Source: Negaprion brevirostris
Taxonomy: Eukaryota
Direction of reading: 5' to 3'
Assembly: GCA_030324005.1 (NCBI GenBank)
Contig: JARDVH010000073.1
Coordinates: 106,789,231-106,853,230, forward strand
Length of the DNA: 64,000 nucleotides
Shown: in pieces, positions 63,902 to 64,000 of the stretch
How the letters are laid out: the number at the start of each line of letters is the position of its first letter
Position numbering within the stretch: position 1 is the stretch's first letter
Made by a program: the position numbers and the translations under genes
The notes under the pieces: generated by a model
What the model saw: the letters and a program-made list of their open reading frames with translations, nothing else
Database searches by the model: none
Told to the model about the DNA's origin: nothing

Positions 63902-64000
63902 TTATCTGGAAGGCTCACTCTCCTTCACATGGCAGATTACAAAATCCATTCTTTATACACCTACATTCATGATTTTGTGAGCAGTGAGAAGATCTTCCTT

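Noticed and set aside
59357-64000. Expected next upstream anoctamin exon (..EEWA....KYQP..)
   Set aside because: Not found by eye; presumably lies beyond the window.
1-64000. CRISPR arrays, operons or prokaryotic defence systems
   Set aside because: Spliceosomal exon-intron structure and vertebrate retroelements throughout; no repeat-spacer array or gene-dense region.

Overview
Vertebrate genomic DNA, most likely a shark, inferred from abundant HE1-type V-SINEs and CR1 LINEs. The whole window lies inside one minus-strand gene, an anoctamin of the ANO1/ANO2 (TMEM16A/B) Ca2+-activated chloride channel clade, closest to ANO1. I read 14 consecutive coding exons by hand (59356 down to 620; 1444 nt, about 481 codons). 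Splice phases are consistent, there are no stops, and they cover roughly TM1 to the start of TM9. Both ends of the gene lie outside the window. Notable points: a 12-nt microexon (ERLK) at the position of the mammalian EAVK 'c' cassette, a 78-nt exon matching the 'd' cassette, a 98-nt GC-AG intron, and a candidate unannotated 41-nt poison exon behind a 188-nt AG-free pyrimidine tract. Introns are filled with decayed CR1 LINEs, several SINE families, a MITE family with 3-bp target duplications, and Penelope remnants, one with a degenerate hammerhead ribozyme core. Most ORFs in the supplied track are spurious or read through N runs. Comparisons to human/mouse proteins and repeat consensus sequences are from memory, not from a search. 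Repeat boundaries are approximate. I found no evidence for a wholly new gene system; the best leads concern splicing regulation and paralog identity.
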